Positions 19,501-29,129 of a stretch of DNA of 64,000 nt are shown one piece after another. A program made the translations under genes and the position numbers. How positions within the stretch are numbered: the stretch's first letter is position 1; every line of letters starts with the position of its first letter. A model generated the notes under the pieces. The model searched no databases. It had not been told where the DNA came from and saw only the letters and a program-made list of their open reading frames with translations. This stretch comes from Candidatus Izemoplasmatales bacterium (GTDB lineage: Bacteria > Bacillota_I > Bacilli_A > Izemoplasmatales > Hujiaoplasmataceae), in the NCBI GenBank assembly GCA_050177605.1, contig JBFXGX010000001.1, positions 124,349 through 188,348 of the forward strand. Reading direction: 5' to 3'.

Positions 19501-21067
19501 TGTCAATGGATGGTTGAACCACATTCGAGATGGATAAGGCTTGATAATTTTGATAAAGATGTCCTAAGTCAAATTCTGCATTATGTGCGACAAGAATCGT
19601 ATCTTTGCTGAAATCATAAAACTTACGTAAGACTTCATCAATATAAGGAGCTGTTCTCACCATTGAATTGGTAATTCCAGTTAATTCTGTAGTAAAAGCA
19701 TTGATTTCTTTATTAGGATTTATGAAAGATTGAAATTCTCCGATAATTGCGCCATTTTTTATTTTAACTGCACCAATTTCAATCATCGTATCATAAATAA
19801 CACTAAGTCCAGTGGTTTCAATATCAAAGACGGTGAAGGTGGCATCACCTAGAAGTTTTTCATAGGTTCCATTCGTCACGTGGATTTCTTCATCATTCAC
19901 ATAGACGAGTTCTAATCCATAAATAGGTTTGATATCTTTCCCTTTCACAGCATGAGCAAATTCAGGAAAACTTTGACAAGAACCATGATCCGTAATTGCA
20001 ATGGCTTTATGTCCCCATGCAAGGGCTCTTTCAACATATTCATCGACTGTTGGAACACCGTCTAGAGCAGACATTTTTGTATGCGTATGTAATTCGACTC
20101 GCTTTTCACTAGCAAGGTCTTCTCTCGTGTTTTTTGGTAATACTGCAGTTGATTTTGCTAAAGATAAAGCGTTGATTGATACTTCACCATAGAAATTATC
20201 AAATTGAGCGTATCCTGACACTAAAAGACCGTAGCCTTCCTTCAGATTCGCCACAAATCCTTTTTCTTCCATCGAAGGTAGTCTTTTTTTAACTGTGATT
20301 GAATCCGTACCATCAGTAATAATGATGTTCGCTTGTGAACCATTTCTTTGTTCACGAATATCGATTGACACAATGGTTCCTCGAAGTGTAAACATCGCTT
20401 TATTTCCATTTTTAGCTTTATACTCTTCTAAATCCATTTCCGATAAAGGTAGTTCTCCAATTGCGAAAAAATCATTTCCAACTGGTTTATCTTCATAGAG
20501 TTGTTCATATTTAATTTCTTTCACATTCAATACGCTTTGATTTGATTGAACAAAAGTACGATTTGCTTTTTCAATCTCTTCTTGAATTGGTTTAGAAGCT
20601 TCATCCATTTGAATTTCGACAGAAATTGAGAATCCGTTTCTTTTCATTTCTCGTTCAATATCTGTACGAAACATGGAAGCTGACTTCGCTCCAAAAGGCA
20701 CTAGGATTGAAATGACACCATCTTTATAATCGACATCATAATCTTTTAAAGGCATCATTCTTTTATCTTCTTCAATCATCAAATCAACTGAGTAGTCATA
20801 GTATTCGATATAATCTTCATCCGAGATGATTTCATACTTTACATCGTATTCGACGTGGTGCACGCTATCAACGATGGATGGTAGTTGATGTAAAAGGTTC
20901 ATAAAATAACGATATCTTAGGACCGGTACTGGTTTTTCAAACGCAAAAGAAAAGTGCCATGTATTGGTCACTTCATCGACTTCAATGCTAGAGATATCAC
21001 CATAGTCAAGAACGGTTTGATCTTCGCATTTGATTAAGTTTAGTAATTTTTGCATTTCTTCTTTCAT
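16595..21067 (-). CDS. polC: DNA polymerase III PolC-type
   Basis: PHP motif ELHTHTKMS, exonuclease FDIETTG, GSRGSVGS, PDIDLNFSG, GQHPGG, YMFPKAHA. Confidence 0.98.
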   Translation of the reverse strand: MKEEMQKLLNLIKCEDQTVLDYGDISSIEVDEVTNTWHFSFAFEKPVPVLRYRYFMNLLHQLPSIVDSVHHVEYDVKYEIISDEDYIEYYDYSVDLMIEEDKRMMPLKDYDVDYKDGVISILVPFGAKSASMFRTDIEREMKRNGFSISVEIQMDEASKPIQEEIEKANRTFVQSNQSVLNVKEIKYEQLYEDKPVGNDFFAIGELPLSEMDLEEYKAKNGNKAMFTLRGTIVSIDIREQRNGSQANIIITDGTDSITVKKRLPSMEEKGFVANLKEGYGLLVSGYAQFDNFYGEVSINALSLAKSTAVLPKNTREDLASEKRVELHTHTKMSALDGVPTVDEYVERALAWGHKAIAITDHGSCQSFPEFAHAVKGKDIKPIYGLELVYVNDEEIHVTNGTYEKLLGDATFTVFDIETTGLSVIYDTMIEIGAVKIKNGAIIGEFQSFINPNKEINAFTTELTGITNSMVRTAPYIDEVLRKFYDFSKDTILVAHNAEFDLGHLYQNYQALSISNVVQPSIDTLVLAKVLYPGRSRYGLDALCKFLKVPLTDHHRAINDAKATTEVFLHMLKKLKKDSVTRFYELNQIIPHSESYKYPYPKHINLLVKKHEGLKNLYKILSLALTDYYDRDGKIIKTELDRYRKGILVSTGCRNSDFFETAMNKSREDLKKAAKYYDFIEVQPPSTFSYMAYQMPNWKYVIEDVIKRIVEVAKELNIVVCATSDAHHLDPEDKIYREIMINTPLVGGGGFHKLYGESEKPSEYFKTTEEMLSEFQFLGEELAYEIVVKNTNLIADSIDDFPLFPDELFAPTDEFLAEQGVPSIKVKVENMVRERASKLYGNPLPFIVKKRLDKELDSIIKHQFSTVYYISHLLVKKSLDDGYLVGSRGSVGSSLVATFMDITEVNPLPPHYVCPKCHFSAFKKTEEEKQQYPSSEFEQVHQKLLDRTDCGWDLPDEVCPICNTPLKKDGHDIPFETFLGFKGDKVPDIDLNFSGDYQGQVHEYIRKLFGHNYAFRAGTIGTCAAKTAYGMVRDYYEKLNESLRNEGKPSIPIRRAEMERLAKGIEGSKRTSGQHPGGIVVVPNIKEIYDVTPIQYPGDSTDTTWKTTHYDYHSFESNLFKLDVLGHDDPTMIRYLMDLVKKEPLDFPFSDPKDIPVDDKAVYKLLSGTEAIGLSPEDIMSDVASYGIPEFGTNFVRGMLRDSRPGTFSELVKISGLSHGTDVWSGNAQDLVTGRRREFGRVDFKDIIGCRDDIMVDLIDYGMNPTLSFEIMEFVRKGKAPGNPDKWAQYADLMRSSNVPEWYIWACSKIKYMFPKAHATAYVLMAMRIAWFKLYRPIYFYSAYFSKRASIFDVEAFMEGEVGIKRKLDEINDKGNDASEREKNLVTVLEIALEMVKRGFRFEPIDIMKSEATDFTITEDHQGLLLPFIVIDSLGTNVASSIIEARDEKPFISKQDIKTRTKLSTTLFERLEGLGTFEGMINENQLSLFDL

Positions 21068-21139
21068 TCAAATCAACCCCAATAATTATCAATATTATAA
21101 CATACAATTTCAATGTAAATTTATGAAAATAAAATAAAA

Positions 21140-21200
21140 TACCCTTTTTTTTGAAAAAAAAGGGATAGAAAAAAGTAGACGGTTTGTGGTCTACTTTCTT
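21140..21200 (-). terminator. Two tandem hairpins/terminators after rpoZ
   Basis: AAAGTAGAC...GTCTACTTT and CCCTTTTTTTT...AAAAAAAAGGG inverted repeats. Confidence 0.65.
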
Positions 21201-21213
21201 TGGTTTTTTTTGA

Positions 21214-21426
21214 TTAAAATTCAGCTTTAACTTTTCCTGCTAAAATTTCTTCAAGTGCTTGTCCTACTGGTTTCACGCATTTGTTATCAACTGATGAAAA
21301 ATCATCTTGTTTAATGATTTTTGCGCGTTTTGCAGAGATATAAGCTAGTTTATACTTTGAATCGATAACTTCTAATAGATTATCTATTGATGGGTAACGT
21401 AACCCTTCTGTATTTTTATTGCTCAC
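21214..21426 (-). CDS. rpoZ: RNA polymerase omega subunit
   Basis: YPSIDNLL...SKYKLAYISAKRA...KPVGQALEEI; follows gmk. Confidence 0.93.
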   Translation of the reverse strand: MSNKNTEGLRYPSIDNLLEVIDSKYKLAYISAKRAKIIKQDDFSSVDNKCVKPVGQALEEILAGKVKAEF

Positions 21427-22048
21427 TTGAGTTTCCCTCCATTAATTTGTAATACTTATGAATTGATCTTTCGGTTTTTGCGTGTTCGGCACGTATAATC
21501 GCGTAAATTCGATCTGCAGCGTTTTTAACATCATCATTAACAACGATATAATCATATTTATAAGCTAAATGATATTCTCTTTCTGCTTTTTGAATTCTTT
21601 TTTGAATCGTATCAGAATTCTCTGTACCACGATTTGTAAGTCGATCGAGTAATGCTTGTTTTGATGGTGGTACAATGAATATGAAGACGGCATCAGGTTT
21701 TTGTTCTCGAACTTTCAGTGCGCCTTCAACTTCAATCTCAACAATGACTTCTTTTCCACTATCGATTTGTTTGTCTACGTACTCTAGTGGTGTTCCATAA
21801 TATTCGCCAACAAATTCAGCGTACTCAAGTAGTTTTTTTTGTTTGATTTTTTGTTCGAACTCTTCTTTTGACACAAAGAAATAATCGACACCATCTTGTT
21901 CACCCTGTCTCGGTTTTCTTGTCGTCATGGATACGGAGTAACAAAAATTGTTGTCTGGAATTTGGAATAACGCTTTTCTGATGGTGCCCTTACCGACGCC
22001 TGATGGGCCACTAATGACGACCAACAAGCCTTGCTCATTCAGCTTCAA
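21416..22048 (-). CDS. gmk: Guanylate kinase
   Basis: GPSGVGKGT, TTRKPRQGEQDGVDYFF, YYGT; TTG start. Confidence 0.97.
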   Translation of the reverse strand: MKLNEQGLLVVISGPSGVGKGTIRKALFQIPDNNFCYSVSMTTRKPRQGEQDGVDYFFVSKEEFEQKIKQKKLLEYAEFVGEYYGTPLEYVDKQIDSGKEVIVEIEVEGALKVREQKPDAVFIFIVPPSKQALLDRLTNRGTENSDTIQKRIQKAEREYHLAYKYDYIVVNDDVKNAADRIYAIIRAEHAKTERSIHKYYKLMEGNSSEQ

Positions 22049-22161
22049 GTTTTCGCCTCCCAGAGTAAATTCATTATGAAATATAATACCACAAAGTCAC
22101 TTCATTGTAAAATTTTTTTTATCTTTTTTAACATGTGGTATAATGATTGAAGGTGAAATAG

Positions 22162-23823
22162 ATGAGTTTAGATGGATACATGTATCATTTTCTCGCAGAA
22201 GAGCTAAATGACCAACTACAAAATGGAAGAATTCAAAAAATATATCAGTTAGGAAAAACTGATTTTTTATGGATGGTTCGAAGTGCAAATCAAACCCATC
22301 AATTGTTACTATCTCTGTCCACTTCTCTTGCTCGAACACAAATTACAAAAATTCAAAGCGAGAAACCAGATAATCCTAGTGGGTTTTGTATGTTTCAAAG
22401 AAAATATCTTGAAGGTGGTTTTATTCAAAGTGTTTCATCCATTGATTATGATCGAATCATTAAGTTCGTTGTAAATAATGTCAATGAAATTGGAGATAAT
22501 GCAACGTATCATGTGTATATGGAAGTATTTAGTAGATATACGAACCTTGTCATCACTGACGAGTTTGATGTCATCATTGATGCTTTCAAACATTTATCAC
22601 CACTTGATAATGTAGATCGAACAATCATTAAGGGAGCTACATATCTCGCTCCTTTGAATCAAAAAATTAAGCCTTATGAAAAAGAAAAGATTGATCAATT
22701 CTTTGAGAGTCATGATGAAATTACTTATAAGGATCTTTTACAAAATTTTAGCGGATTCTCACCAGCCAGTACCAAGTATATTCTTTCCTATGCTGAAAAA
22801 GAGCATCTTTCCATCAAGGACAGTTATAAGCATTTTGTTAATCAAAAAATCAATCCAACAAGTCTTGTAGATAAATATTATGTGTATGACATTTTTGATG
22901 GTGACCTAAAAATTCACCATACTTCCATTTCTGAAATGATGGATCGAGTTTATCTTGAAACTTCAAAAATCGAGAGGATGAAACAAATCTCAAAAAATGT
23001 CTACCAACTAGCAAAAAGAGAATTTGAAAAGAATAAAAATAAACTAGAAAAATTAACCAAAGAACTTGATGAAGCTCTCGCTTCTGATATTTATAAAACG
23101 AAAGGAAACTTGATTCAGCAACATCTTCTAGAAATCAAAAAAGGAGATGCCTCCTTCAGTGGATTTGATTACGTCACAAATCAAGAAATGCTGGTAGAAC
23201 TAGATCGACTGTTAACTCCTGTTCAAAATGCTAACTTATATTACAAAAAATATAAAAAAGGAAAATCTGCAGTCAAATTTATCGAAGATCAAATTGAGTT
23301 GACAAAAAAACAAATCATTTATTTCGATGTGATGATCACACAAATCGAAAACGGAACTCCTTCAGATATTGAAGAAATTAAAGATGAACTTATCGAAAAA
23401 GGACTAATGCGTCGTCACGCCAAGAAATCAAAATCAAAGGTACCAAATTATGACATCTATCTTACGCAAAAAGATATCCAAATATTGGTCGGTAAAAATA
23501 ACCTTCAAAATGAATATCTAACCCATAAGCTAGCCTCTTCTACAGATTGGTGGTTTCACACAAAGGATATCCATGGTTCTCACGTTATTGTAAAATCACA
23601 AGATTCGCTTGATGAAGAAACTATTAGAATGGCTTCTATGCTTGCAAGCTATTTTTCGAAAGCTCGATTATCTAGTTCTGTCCCTGTTGACTATACACAA
23701 GTCAAATACGTTAAAAAAATACCAGGTGAAATGGGCTCCCTTGTTACCTACACCAATCAAAAAACAATTTATATTGATCCAGACATTAATAAGATCCAAC
23801 AATTTAGGAAAAAAAATCATTAA
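22162..23823 (+). CDS. rqcH: Ribosome quality control protein RqcH (FbpA/NFACT family)
   Basis: MSLDG start, YDRII, long coiled coil, GKNNLQNEYLT, DWWFHTKDIHGSHV. Confidence 0.92.
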   Translation: MSLDGYMYHFLAEELNDQLQNGRIQKIYQLGKTDFLWMVRSANQTHQLLLSLSTSLARTQITKIQSEKPDNPSGFCMFQRKYLEGGFIQSVSSIDYDRIIKFVVNNVNEIGDNATYHVYMEVFSRYTNLVITDEFDVIIDAFKHLSPLDNVDRTIIKGATYLAPLNQKIKPYEKEKIDQFFESHDEITYKDLLQNFSGFSPASTKYILSYAEKEHLSIKDSYKHFVNQKINPTSLVDKYYVYDIFDGDLKIHHTSISEMMDRVYLETSKIERMKQISKNVYQLAKREFEKNKNKLEKLTKELDEALASDIYKTKGNLIQQHLLEIKKGDASFSGFDYVTNQEMLVELDRLLTPVQNANLYYKKYKKGKSAVKFIEDQIELTKKQIIYFDVMITQIENGTPSDIEEIKDELIEKGLMRRHAKKSKSKVPNYDIYLTQKDIQILVGKNNLQNEYLTHKLASSTDWWFHTKDIHGSHVIVKSQDSLDEETIRMASMLASYFSKARLSSSVPVDYTQVKYVKKIPGEMGSLVTYTNQKTIYIDPDINKIQQFRKKNH

Positions 23824-23853
23824 AAAAACTCTGTTCGCACAGAGTCTTTTTTT
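23822..23853. terminator. Bidirectional terminator rqcH/thrS
   Basis: AAAAAACTCTGT-TCGC-ACAGAGTCTTTTTT. Confidence 0.8.
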
Positions 23854-25754
23854 TACTTGTTTTTAATTTCTTCTGTAATCATCTTAACAAAATCATCAAG
23901 TGAAACAGTCGTTTGTTCTTTCTCGCCGTATTTACGGAAAGTCACATTGCCAGAGGCACTTTCTTCATCGCCAATAACAATTTGGTATGGAATTTTCTTT
24001 GTTTGTGCTTCTCTGATTTTATATCCAAGTTTTTCATCACGGTAATCTGTTTCAGTACGAATTCCACTTTCAAGTAACACTTTGTTTACTTTATCGCTTG
24101 CTTCTTTATGGAATTCTAGATTCACTGGAATAACTTTCACTTGAACCGGTGCTAACCAAGTAGGGAAAGCTCCTGCGTAATGCTCAATTAAAATTCCGAT
24201 GAAACGTTCAATTGAACCAAATAATGCTCTATGTAGCATTACAGGTCTTTGTTTTTCTCCAGATTGATCAATATAAGTTAAGTCAAAACGTTCAGGTAAA
24301 TTCATATCTAATTGAATTGTGCCACATTGCCAAATTCGGTTCATAGAGTCTCTTAACTTAAAATCAAGTTTAGGTCCATAAAAGGCCCCATCACCAGGAT
24401 TAATAATAAAGTCTTTTCCCATTGATTTAAGCGCAGCAGCTAGGGCAGCTTCGGATTTATCCCATGTTTCAATCTTTCCAATAAATTTATCAAGCGGACG
24501 AGTCGATAGTTCGATATGATAGCTAAGGTTAAAGACACTGTACATGTATTCGAATAAGCGAACAAGTTCAGCTACTTCAGTCACGATTTGATCCTCTGTC
24601 ATAAAGATATGCGCGTCATCTTGAGTAAAGTTACGTACTCGAAATAATCCATTTAACGCACCGCTTGCTTCATGGCGATGAACAAGACCGAGTTCTCCAA
24701 CTTTTAGTGGGAAGTCTTTGTATGAATGAATGTCTCTCTTATAAACTAGCATTCCACCAGGACAGTTCATTGGTTTAATTGCGAATTCTTGTTCATCAAT
24801 TTTTGATGTATACATATTATCGCGATAATTTGCCCAGTGACCTGAAATCTCCCATAATTCTTTATTGAGCATAATTGGTGTTTGAATAAGTTTATATCCT
24901 TCTTTAAGATGAACCTTATACCAAAAATCTTCTAGTTCTCTTCTTAGGATCATTCCATTTGGTAACCAGAATGGGAATCCAGGTCCAAATTCACTTAACA
25001 TGAATAAATCGAGTTCTTTTCCAAGTTTTCGATGATCTCTTTTTTTACGTTCTTCTAAATCGATTAAATGTTGTTTTAATTCTTCTTCCTTAAAGAAACA
25101 TGTACCATAGACTCTAGTTAATTGCTTATTTTTTGAATCTCCGCGCCAATAAGCTCCTGCCAAAGATAATAGTTTGAAATTCTTAATCCACTTTGTGGAA
25201 GGAAGATGTGGTCCTCGACAAAGGTCGGTAAAAACAGATTGAGAATAAGTTGATATCTCTTCTCCTTCAGGTAAATCATTGATGAGTTCTAGTTTATATG
25301 GATCATCCATAAAAAACTTCAAGGCTTCACTTTTAGATAATACACTACGTTTAATAACTTGGTTTTGACTAGCAAGCTTTAACATCGTTTTTTCGATTTT
25401 AGGAAGATCAGATTCAGTGAGAACATCGTCTCCTAAATCGATATCGTAATAAAAGCCTTCTTCAATCACAGGACCGACACCAAATTTTGCGTGTGGATAC
25501 ATTTGTTTTACGGCTTCAGCTAACATATGCGCGGTAGAATGGCGAAGCACTTCAAGCGCTTCTTTGTCCTCCTCGGTAATAAGCTCTAAACTTGCATCTT
25601 CAAAAAGACGGGTGTCTAGATCAACTAGTTTTCCATCCACTTTTGCGACGATGCTTTTCTTTTTGAGCGAAATTGAAATCTTTTCAGCAATTTCTAAAAC
25701 AGATAAACCATTTTCGAATTCACTTATACTGCCATCTTTAAAACGAATTTTCAT
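23853..25754 (-). CDS. thrS: Threonine-tRNA ligase
   Basis: TGS domain, RHSTAH, DLCRGPH, KPMNCP, FTQDDAH, AFYGPKLD. Confidence 0.98.
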   Translation of the reverse strand: MKIRFKDGSISEFENGLSVLEIAEKISISLKKKSIVAKVDGKLVDLDTRLFEDASLELITEEDKEALEVLRHSTAHMLAEAVKQMYPHAKFGVGPVIEEGFYYDIDLGDDVLTESDLPKIEKTMLKLASQNQVIKRSVLSKSEALKFFMDDPYKLELINDLPEGEEISTYSQSVFTDLCRGPHLPSTKWIKNFKLLSLAGAYWRGDSKNKQLTRVYGTCFFKEEELKQHLIDLEERKKRDHRKLGKELDLFMLSEFGPGFPFWLPNGMILRRELEDFWYKVHLKEGYKLIQTPIMLNKELWEISGHWANYRDNMYTSKIDEQEFAIKPMNCPGGMLVYKRDIHSYKDFPLKVGELGLVHRHEASGALNGLFRVRNFTQDDAHIFMTEDQIVTEVAELVRLFEYMYSVFNLSYHIELSTRPLDKFIGKIETWDKSEAALAAALKSMGKDFIINPGDGAFYGPKLDFKLRDSMNRIWQCGTIQLDMNLPERFDLTYIDQSGEKQRPVMLHRALFGSIERFIGILIEHYAGAFPTWLAPVQVKVIPVNLEFHKEASDKVNKVLLESGIRTETDYRDEKLGYKIREAQTKKIPYQIVIGDEESASGNVTFRKYGEKEQTTVSLDDFVKMITEEIKNK

Positions 25755-25775
25755 CTTTTTTTCCTCCTATATGAA

Positions 25776-25986
25776 AATAAAAAAAGTCGCCCTCAAAAAG
25801 GACGACAATGCGCGGTACCACCTTTGTTCTAGATTATCTAGCACTCAAACCGTTAACGCCGGACTACGGAACTTTTTCTAAAGTCTACTCCTTGGTGGTA
25901 ATGTTCTTCGTTTCATATGTGGCTTACACCATTCCCACAATCGCTCGATGAAATCTTTATTAGAACATCATGTCCAATTCATTGTA
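25776..25986 (-). ncRNA. T-box riboswitch (Thr, specifier ACC)
   Basis: Minus strand: CATTACCACC specifier, AAGGTGGTACCGCG T-box, terminator GTCGTCCT...AGGGCGACTTTTTTT; promoter TTGACA-16-TATAAT at 25999-26026. Confidence 0.92.
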
Positions 25987-26027
25987 TTTCTTACTATCAT
26001 TATACAACAGAAGATAAATCTGTCAAG

Positions 26028-26924
26028 TTAAATGCGTGGTTTTTCAGTAATTTCGAACTCTGTCGACAATTGTTTTACTCTGTCAAAGATTCTTAATGCT
26101 TTTGTTCTTTCTGCAGCCGAAGATTCCGTCTGTAAGGAATCTTTTAATGTTCTCATGGGTAGGTTTGATGAAAAGAAAACTGGTCTCTCTTCTAACAGCC
26201 TATGTTGAAGAATTGGTCCAAGAACTTCATCTCTGATAAACGCACTAGAGCTTTCACCGCCAAAATCATCTAAAAAAAGAATATCAACAGTTTTTAAATG
26301 ATTTACTATATCTTCAAGTTCGCCACTTCCTATTGATGATTTTATCTCACGAACCAAATCAGGATAATAAGCAAAGACTACTTCATATCCTTTTCTAGCT
26401 ATTTCGTTAGCTAGACAAGCTAAAATATGTGTCTTACCCACACCAAACATTCCTGATAAATACATTCCTTTTTGAGGAGTATCTTTTGAATAGTTTTTCA
26501 AAAAAGACATCATATATGAATGAATCAGTTTTCTATCTTCACCGACCAAATCAAGATCAGAAAAATCCGCGTTAAATATTTTTTTGGGGATGAACATTGC
26601 CTCAATTAATAGTTTTGATTCATCAAAATCATTAAATCTACATTTAACATATTCTAGTACAACATCTTGGTTGTAAAAAGATAATTTTGGAGTCATCCCT
26701 GTAGACTGTAGTTTACATGAGAATATCCCAGGGCAGTTCTGACAGATAGATTTCGAATCTTTAAAGGTGAGAAAAGTATTGATATTTAACGTAATTTGAT
26801 CATGCTTCAAATCATTTTCCATCACAAAACGACGAATTACTGGATCTTCAAGTAATTTATCAATCATTTCATCTTTATTATTTGTACGACGATAATTCAT
26901 TAAATAATCAAGTGGTTTTTTCAT
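26028..26924 (-). CDS. dnaI: Primosomal helicase loader DnaI
   Basis: CQNC Zn region, GMFGVGKT, LFLDDFG, RDEVLGPILQHR, FSSN. Confidence 0.93.
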   Translation of the reverse strand: MKKPLDYLMNYRRTNNKDEMIDKLLEDPVIRRFVMENDLKHDQITLNINTFLTFKDSKSICQNCPGIFSCKLQSTGMTPKLSFYNQDVVLEYVKCRFNDFDESKLLIEAMFIPKKIFNADFSDLDLVGEDRKLIHSYMMSFLKNYSKDTPQKGMYLSGMFGVGKTHILACLANEIARKGYEVVFAYYPDLVREIKSSIGSGELEDIVNHLKTVDILFLDDFGGESSSAFIRDEVLGPILQHRLLEERPVFFSSNLPMRTLKDSLQTESSAAERTKALRIFDRVKQLSTEFEITEKPRI

Positions 26925-26938
26925 CTTCAGCCCTCCTT

Positions 26939-28153
26939 TTAGATTGATTTATAATATTCATCTAACCAGTCAATTTCAATATCTGGCTTTTTATTGACAA
27001 CTTTTTTCTTCGGTTCTTTACTTCTACGTTCAAACTCACTTTGAAGATGTTTGATATAATCCATCGCTAGTTCTACGCTTGTAATTTGATTTCTTTTCCA
27101 ACCCATTCCTACTTTTTCAAAGTACTCATAACTTGGTAGAATTCCATTTTTAATTTGATACGTATAGGCAAGTAAGACATTGACTACACCTTTATCTAGA
27201 CCGATATCTTCAATTAATCTTTCCGCAATACGAAGGTCGCTTGTTGATACAAGTCCATCTCCAAGTTCTTTTAATAATTGATGTGGCGGAACCACTTTAA
27301 AATAACTTGTAGGGTCTTTTGGTAATTCTTCTGGCGTTTTCTTATAGTCTACAGATTCAATAAATTTTTCAACTTCATTCAATTCCTTATATTTATTTCT
27401 TGCTTCAACAGCGAGCGAACTAATTTTCACAACTTTCATTGTTTCATCAACGCTTCTTAATAAAGCAATTTTCATATCTAGTTCAGACAACCCGTAAACA
27501 TAAGCTAAATTACTAATCTTATCTTTGACGGCATGCGTGAGTAATTCCAAATCAAACTCTTTTGGAAGGCTTTCTTCAAACGTTCTAAAATCAAAATCAG
27601 GGTTCGTGACTGACACCTGTTTCGTTCGTTTTTGACTAATTAAATTACGCTCTTTCTCATGGTTTTCCACTTTAATTGATTCAAAAACATCATCAAATGA
27701 TTTAGAAATAACGAGAAAATCGTTTCGGTTAACTCGTTTTGTCTTAAATACATCCATCACTTTTTTAAAACGATCTTTGGTGATGTTATGAATTAAATAC
27801 TCCCCAAGTACGCCATCATTGACAAATTGGCTGGCTGGAAGAGGCATTTTCATTTCATATAGGAACGAATCGTTTTGATAAAATGTATCCATTAATCCGA
27901 TGGCTTCTAATTTAAAACGATCGGTTTCGACAACACTGATTTTTTGATTGAGTAATGCTTCTAAATCCGAATGAAGATATTCTTTCGATGAAAGGTTTTG
28001 TCGATCAAGAAGTCCAATCAACGTACAATACAAAACAAACGCCCCTTGACCAATGATTGGTTGGTAAAAAAGCGTTAAAGTTTGGTAGTCTTGACTTGAA
28101 ATAACAGCTTTCGAAAATACTTGAAAGCGGTCGCTTGAACGTAATCCTTCCAT
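26939..28153 (-). CDS. dnaB: Replication initiation and membrane attachment protein DnaB (Firmicutes type)
   Basis: LTLFYQPIIG, KLEAIGLM, GVVNVLLAY; directly upstream of dnaI. Confidence 0.88.
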   Translation of the reverse strand: MEGLRSSDRFQVFSKAVISSQDYQTLTLFYQPIIGQGAFVLYCTLIGLLDRQNLSSKEYLHSDLEALLNQKISVVETDRFKLEAIGLMDTFYQNDSFLYEMKMPLPASQFVNDGVLGEYLIHNITKDRFKKVMDVFKTKRVNRNDFLVISKSFDDVFESIKVENHEKERNLISQKRTKQVSVTNPDFDFRTFEESLPKEFDLELLTHAVKDKISNLAYVYGLSELDMKIALLRSVDETMKVVKISSLAVEARNKYKELNEVEKFIESVDYKKTPEELPKDPTSYFKVVPPHQLLKELGDGLVSTSDLRIAERLIEDIGLDKGVVNVLLAYTYQIKNGILPSYEYFEKVGMGWKRNQITSVELAMDYIKHLQSEFERRSKEPKKKVVNKKPDIEIDWLDEYYKSI

Positions 28154-28161
28154 ACTTCCCC

Positions 28162-28527
28162 CTAAGGATGTAATGCTACACCTTTAAACTTTAATAAACG
28201 ATCAAATTCTTTATAGAATCGAACGGCGATTTTTTTTGGACGTCCAAATCCAATCGCGCTAAAAGTATTCACTTTAAAGTCGATCCCTGTTTCAATTGGT
28301 GTGACTTGTACCATCGTTACGATTACTTCATAGCCATTCGAAATAAGATAAACCTCTCCGTGAGTCTCATTTACATCACGGATATCAAAATCTAATTCTT
28401 TCTCTAGTGACTTTAAGGCTTCGAATGCTTGTTTGTAACTATTACGATAGTATCTTGTTCTTAGACTTGCATCAGAATGCAATTCTCTCGTTTCACATGT
28501 ACTTGTAAAAAAACTTGCTAGTGACAT
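28162..28527 (-). CDS. Conserved small cytosolic protein (possibly DUF1499-like)
   Basis: 121-aa ORF with RBS GGAGG overlapping the coaE end; ETRELH...LRTRYY motif resembles Bacillales proteins encoded upstream of nrdR/dnaB. Confidence 0.55.
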   Translation of the reverse strand: MSLASFFTSTCETRELHSDASLRTRYYRNSYKQAFEALKSLEKELDFDIRDVNETHGEVYLISNGYEVIVTMVQVTPIETGIDFKVNTFSAIGFGRPKKIAVRFYKEFDRLLKFKGVALHP

Positions 28528-29129
28528 GTTGTACCTCCTGTGATTTCTTTTAAAATGGATAAATATTGACTATAGGTATGTTCTATAGATTCTGAGTTAT
28601 CAATGACATAGTCAGATAACTTCCTTTTTTCTTCTAATGACATTTGAGAGGAAATCTTCCGATTCGCATATTCTAAAGAAATATGATCCCTCTTCATGAG
28701 TCGTTGAACTTCCGTTTCTGGTGAGGTATATACTGTAATTATCCGATCGCATAAACCTTCCATGTTCGCTTCAAACAGTAAAGGGATGGATAAAACGAGG
28801 TATGGGGTATTGCGAAGTTTTTCAACTTCAATTCGTTCGTTCATCGCTTTGATGACTTCTGGATGAGTAATCTGATTTAATTTGCGCCTTTGGTCCTCAT
28901 CCGAAAACACAATCTGCCCCAATTTGTTAAAATCGATGAACGAGTCATGATCCTTGCAAGAAGGAAATGCTTCGATAATTTTATTATACAATACTTCTCC
29001 AACTTTAGAAAGTTCTTTATAGAGAATATCTGCATCTATCACAGGAATCGAATCTTTTAAAAACCATTCAGTAATTAAACTTTTACCGGAGGCAATCCCT
29101 CCTGTTAAACCAATGACTAACAAGGCCAT
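28518..29129 (-). CDS. coaE: Dephospho-CoA kinase
   Basis: IGLTGGIASGKS, IDAD, LNQITHP, IPLLFE; TGATG coupling with mutM. Confidence 0.95.
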   Translation of the reverse strand: MALLVIGLTGGIASGKSLITEWFLKDSIPVIDADILYKELSKVGEVLYNKIIEAFPSCKDHDSFIDFNKLGQIVFSDEDQRRKLNQITHPEVIKAMNERIEVEKLRNTPYLVLSIPLLFEANMEGLCDRIITVYTSPETEVQRLMKRDHISLEYANRKISSQMSLEEKRKLSDYVIDNSESIEHTYSQYLSILKEITGGTTCH

